Assembly: GCA_003141455.1 (NCBI GenBank)
Contig: PLMA01000020.1
Coordinates: forward strand, 1 to 56,905
Direction: 5' to 3'
Origin: Chloroflexota bacterium
Lineage (GTDB): Bacteria; Chloroflexota; Limnocylindria; Limnocylindrales; CSP1-4
Length of the DNA stretch: 56,905 nt
In this document: in pieces, positions 55,530 to 56,905 of the stretch
Position numbering within the stretch: position 1 is the first letter of the stretch
How the letters are laid out: every line of letters begins with the position of its first letter
The notes under the pieces: model-generated
The model's input: only the letters and a program-made list of their open reading frames with translations
Database searches by the model: none
Told to the model about the DNA's origin: nothing
Program-made: the position numbers and the translations under genes

Positions 55530-55988
55530 GTGCCCGAGGCGAGTAATCCGGCTTTCCGGCGCGCCGTCATCGCCTTGAGCGGCGGCCCCAGCGACGCCGC
55601 GATCGTTCGCCTGGCTCTCGAAGTTGCCCGGCCCAATCGTGCGGAGCTGATCGCCGTACACGTCGTCGAGCTCGACTGGACGCAACCACTGGACGCCGAC
55701 GTGGCCGAGCGGTCGGAGGAAGCGCAGCAGGTCCTCGACGCGGCGGAAGGGATCGCGGATCAGCTCCACTGCAAGATCGAGTCCGTCCTCGTACAGGCCC
55801 GCGACGTCGGTGCCGCCATCGTGGATGAGGCCGCAGCCCGGAGAGCGGACCTGCTCATCCTGGGTCTTTCGTACCGAACTCGATTCGGGGGCGATTTCGC
55901 CATCGGGCGGACCGTTCCCTACGCTTTGCAGAACGCCCCGTGCGCGGTATGGGTGGTGCGTCAGCCAAAGGGCGAGGAGCCGCAATGA
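55530..55988 (+). CDS. universal stress protein (USP) domain protein
   Basis: LIAVHVVE, AIVDEA...ADLLILG and G.TV.YALQNAPCAVWVV motifs; GGAGG RBS. Confidence 0.88.
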   Translation: MPEASNPAFRRAVIALSGGPSDAAIVRLALEVARPNRAELIAVHVVELDWTQPLDADVAERSEEAQQVLDAAEGIADQLHCKIESVLVQARDVGAAIVDEAAARRADLLILGLSYRTRFGGDFAIGRTVPYALQNAPCAVWVVRQPKGEEPQ

Positions 55989-56620
55989 AGGAAATGAAGA
56001 TGAAGATCGTGATCGTGGGTTGCGGTCGCGTCGGGTCGACGCTGGCCCAGAACCTCGACGAGGATGGTCACGATGTCATCATCTTCGACATCAAGACCGC
56101 CGCGTTCGATCGGCTTCCGGAGACGTTCAAAGGCGCAGCGATCCGTGGCGATGGAACCGACGAGGAGGTTCTTCGGCGAGCCGGCGCCAAAAACGCGGAC
56201 ATCTTCCTGTCGCTTACCGAAGGCGACAACCGCAACATCATGGCCGCACAGGTCGCCACCGAGAACCTGGGGATCCCCCGGGTGATCGCCAAGATCAACG
56301 ACCCGGTGCGCGCCGCGGCCTACGCCGAGCTGGGAGTGGTCACCGTCTGCCGCACCAATCTCATGGTCGATGCCGTGGCCACCTACCTCGACCTCACGGT
56401 GCAGACCGGCCCCGGCATCGACACTCCCCAGACGCCGGGTCACAAGCACCCGCACCCATCAACTGCCCTCTCCGCGATCCGATCCGCCGTTACGCCGGCG
56501 GAAGCGACGCCGCTCGTCGAACCCGAGACGTCTGGAGCCGCCGGCAACGAGCCCCCAACCACAAGCACCGCCGACCGGGCCAAGGTGCGGCGGCTCGGCT
56601 TTCGGCGCTGGCAGAGTTGA
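55985..56620 (+). CDS. trkA: TrkA/KtrA-type RCK_N protein with disordered tail
   Basis: VIVGCGRVG, GDGTD, DNRNI and AKINDP motifs. Confidence 0.85.
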   Translation: MKEMKMKIVIVGCGRVGSTLAQNLDEDGHDVIIFDIKTAAFDRLPETFKGAAIRGDGTDEEVLRRAGAKNADIFLSLTEGDNRNIMAAQVATENLGIPRVIAKINDPVRAAAYAELGVVTVCRTNLMVDAVATYLDLTVQTGPGIDTPQTPGHKHPHPSTALSAIRSAVTPAEATPLVEPETSGAAGNEPPTTSTADRAKVRRLGFRRWQS

Positions 56621-56639
56621 GCGCGGGTAGGAGGTTCAT

Positions 56640-56905
56640 GTGTTCGTCATCGTCGTAGGCGGCGGCAAGGTCGGGTACTTCCTGGCGCGCGAGCTCATCG
56701 GGTCCGGCCACGAGGTGGCACTCATGGAGCGCGACCGCGACCGCGCCGCTCAGATCACGGAGCAGATCGGCTCGATCGTCATCGCCCACGACGGCTGCGA
56801 GGGCAAGTACCTCGGCGAGGCCGGCGCCAACCGCGCGGACATCGTGACCGCGGTCACGGGCGACGACGAGGACAACCTCGTCATCTGCCAGATGGCCAAG
56901 CATCA
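56640..56905 (+). CDS. trkA: second TrkA/KtrA-type RCK_N protein (truncated by window end)
   Basis: GTG start after AGGAGG; FVIVVGGGKVG and AVTGDDEDNLVICQMAK motifs. Confidence 0.85.
   Translation, partial: MFVIVVGGGKVGYFLARELIGSGHEVALMERDRDRAAQITEQIGSIVIAHDGCEGKYLGEAGANRADIVTAVTGDDEDNLVICQMAKH

Overview
A very GC-rich bacterial chromosomal segment with mostly core and accessory metabolic genes. I see no transposase, integrase, phage gene or CRISPR array. Lipoproteins, GT-C glycosyltransferases, a VKOR-DsbA pair and leaderless starts suggest a monoderm organism; a Chloroflexota- or Actinomycetota-like origin is inference only. Contents in order: QueG-like Fe-S protein, GH3, tRNA-Arg(CCG), an ltaE-DUF885-HisA-like-2x cyclophilin operon, tRNA-Asp(GTC), ribokinase, Fur/Zur-regulated metal ABC operon, VKOR-DsbA, GT2/flippase/GT-C envelope genes, ABC exporter, thiolase, three paralogous surface-protein genes, aspA, APC permease, an Asp-box propeller protein, GlnA4-like glutamine synthetase homologue, frameshifted LysE, SDRs, ppgK, thioesterase, acyP, holB, NYN protein, hpt, csoR, rsmG and a KimA-USP-TrkA-TrkA potassium cluster. 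The best leads for new biology are: (1) three tandem genes sharing a PPT[ST]-spacer-TM-basic C-terminal sorting-like signal, with duplicated 3' and 5' non-coding elements; (2) an NYN ribonuclease with an RNase E-like disordered scaffold tail; (3) two unannotated structured RNA candidates (about 3136-3306 minus and 38236-38391 plus); (4) two orphan PD-(D/E)XK nuclease-like genes translationally coupled to housekeeping genes. All family calls come from motif recognition by eye; no searches were run.
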